In this document: piece by piece, positions 63,466 to 64,000 of the stretch
Layout: the number at the start of each line of letters is the position of its first letter
Position numbering within the stretch: the stretch's first letter is position 1
The notes under the pieces: generated by a model
Told to the model about the DNA's origin: nothing
The model's database searches: none
Seen by the model: the letters and a program-made list of their open reading frames with translations, nothing else
Translations under genes and position numbers: made by a program
Assembly: GCA_964570935.1 (NCBI GenBank)
Contig: CAZMZP010000063.1
Coordinates: 2,603 to 66,602 of the forward strand
DNA from: an uncultured bacterium
Lineage (GTDB): Bacteria; Eisenbacteria; RBG-16-71-46; JAFGJU01
DNA: 64,000 nt
Direction of reading: 5' to 3'

Positions 63466-64000
63466 ATGAAAAAGATCATTGTGCTGTTTGCCGCGCTGAC
63501 GTTCGTCGTGGCCTGGGCCGGGCTGGCCGCGGGAGACTGGCTGCCGGGGTGGGACGACTACAAGATGCACTATCCCCAGCTTCCGGACACGACGACCACG
63601 GGGTGGGACGTCCTCTCGTCCGGCGTGTGCGCTGAGCCGGGATGCCGGGTGGCGGACGATTTCATGTGCACCGAGACGGGCTGGGTGAAGGACATACACT
63701 TCTGGGGATCCTGGAAGAATGACCAGGTCGGGCAGATCCAGTACTTCCACTTCGAGATCTTCGAAGACAACGCCGGGCAGCCGGGCCAGAGAATATGGTG
63801 GTACGACGCGCCCATCGCCGGTGTCGGAATAGTGACCAAGAGCGCTCCCGGAGAGGGCTGGTGGAAACCGTGCACGCCGCCGGAAGTGCTGCCACTCAAC
63901 CACGCGGCGTACTATCAGTATAACGTCAACGTTATACAGAACCGCTGGTTCTGCCAAGAGCAGGGGCACGTTTACTGGCTGAGCGTGTACGCGTGCCTTG
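63466..64000 (+). CDS. secreted hypothetical protein, 5' partial (runs off the window)
   Basis: ATG after GAAGGAGACCGGGGAGG. Signal peptide MKKIIVLFAALTFVVAWAGLAAG. Trp-rich mature region (WDDYKMHYPQLPDTTTTGWDV...). No stop before the window end. Confidence 0.55.
   Translation, partial: MKKIIVLFAALTFVVAWAGLAAGDWLPGWDDYKMHYPQLPDTTTTGWDVLSSGVCAEPGCRVADDFMCTETGWVKDIHFWGSWKNDQVGQIQYFHFEIFEDNAGQPGQRIWWYDAPIAGVGIVTKSAPGEGWWKPCTPPEVLPLNHAAYYQYNVNVIQNRWFCQEQGHVYWLSVYACL

Overview
High-GC (~65%) bacterial chromosomal segment. Most of it is dense housekeeping operons, with a few accessory islands.

Core genes:
- thiL.
- A minus-strand block reading tRNA(CAU)-tilS-ftsH-folE-folP-cdaA.
- guaB.
- A complete F1Fo ATP synthase operon: atpZ/I-like small membrane proteins, then a, c, b, delta, alpha, gamma, beta, epsilon.
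- tsaD, priA, ilvC.
- rho-rpmE-DUF1385-prfA-prmC.
- murA-selB-ispG.
- A minus-strand tetR-OMF-MFP-RND efflux operon.

Accessory or signalling content:
- A CheW / MCP-like / CheW / REC-GAF-HD-GYP cluster with no CheA in the window.
- A REC-GGDEF(GGDDF) / sensor kinase with a C-terminal HD-GYP / single-REC c-di-GMP module.
- Two very large secreted tandem-repeat proteins (about 17 x 52-aa units) that end in a T9SS-type (Por_Secre_tail-like) C-terminal domain.
- Two otherwise unrelated secreted proteins that share only a C-terminal TWGxIKxLYR tag. Each sits behind a near-consensus sigma70 promoter and a long leader.

The T9SS-like C-terminal domains suggest a Gram-negative organism from an FCB-group or Gemmatimonadota-like lineage; this is inference.

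No CRISPR array, integrase or transposase is visible. Many long ORFs antisense to real genes are GC-driven artefacts.
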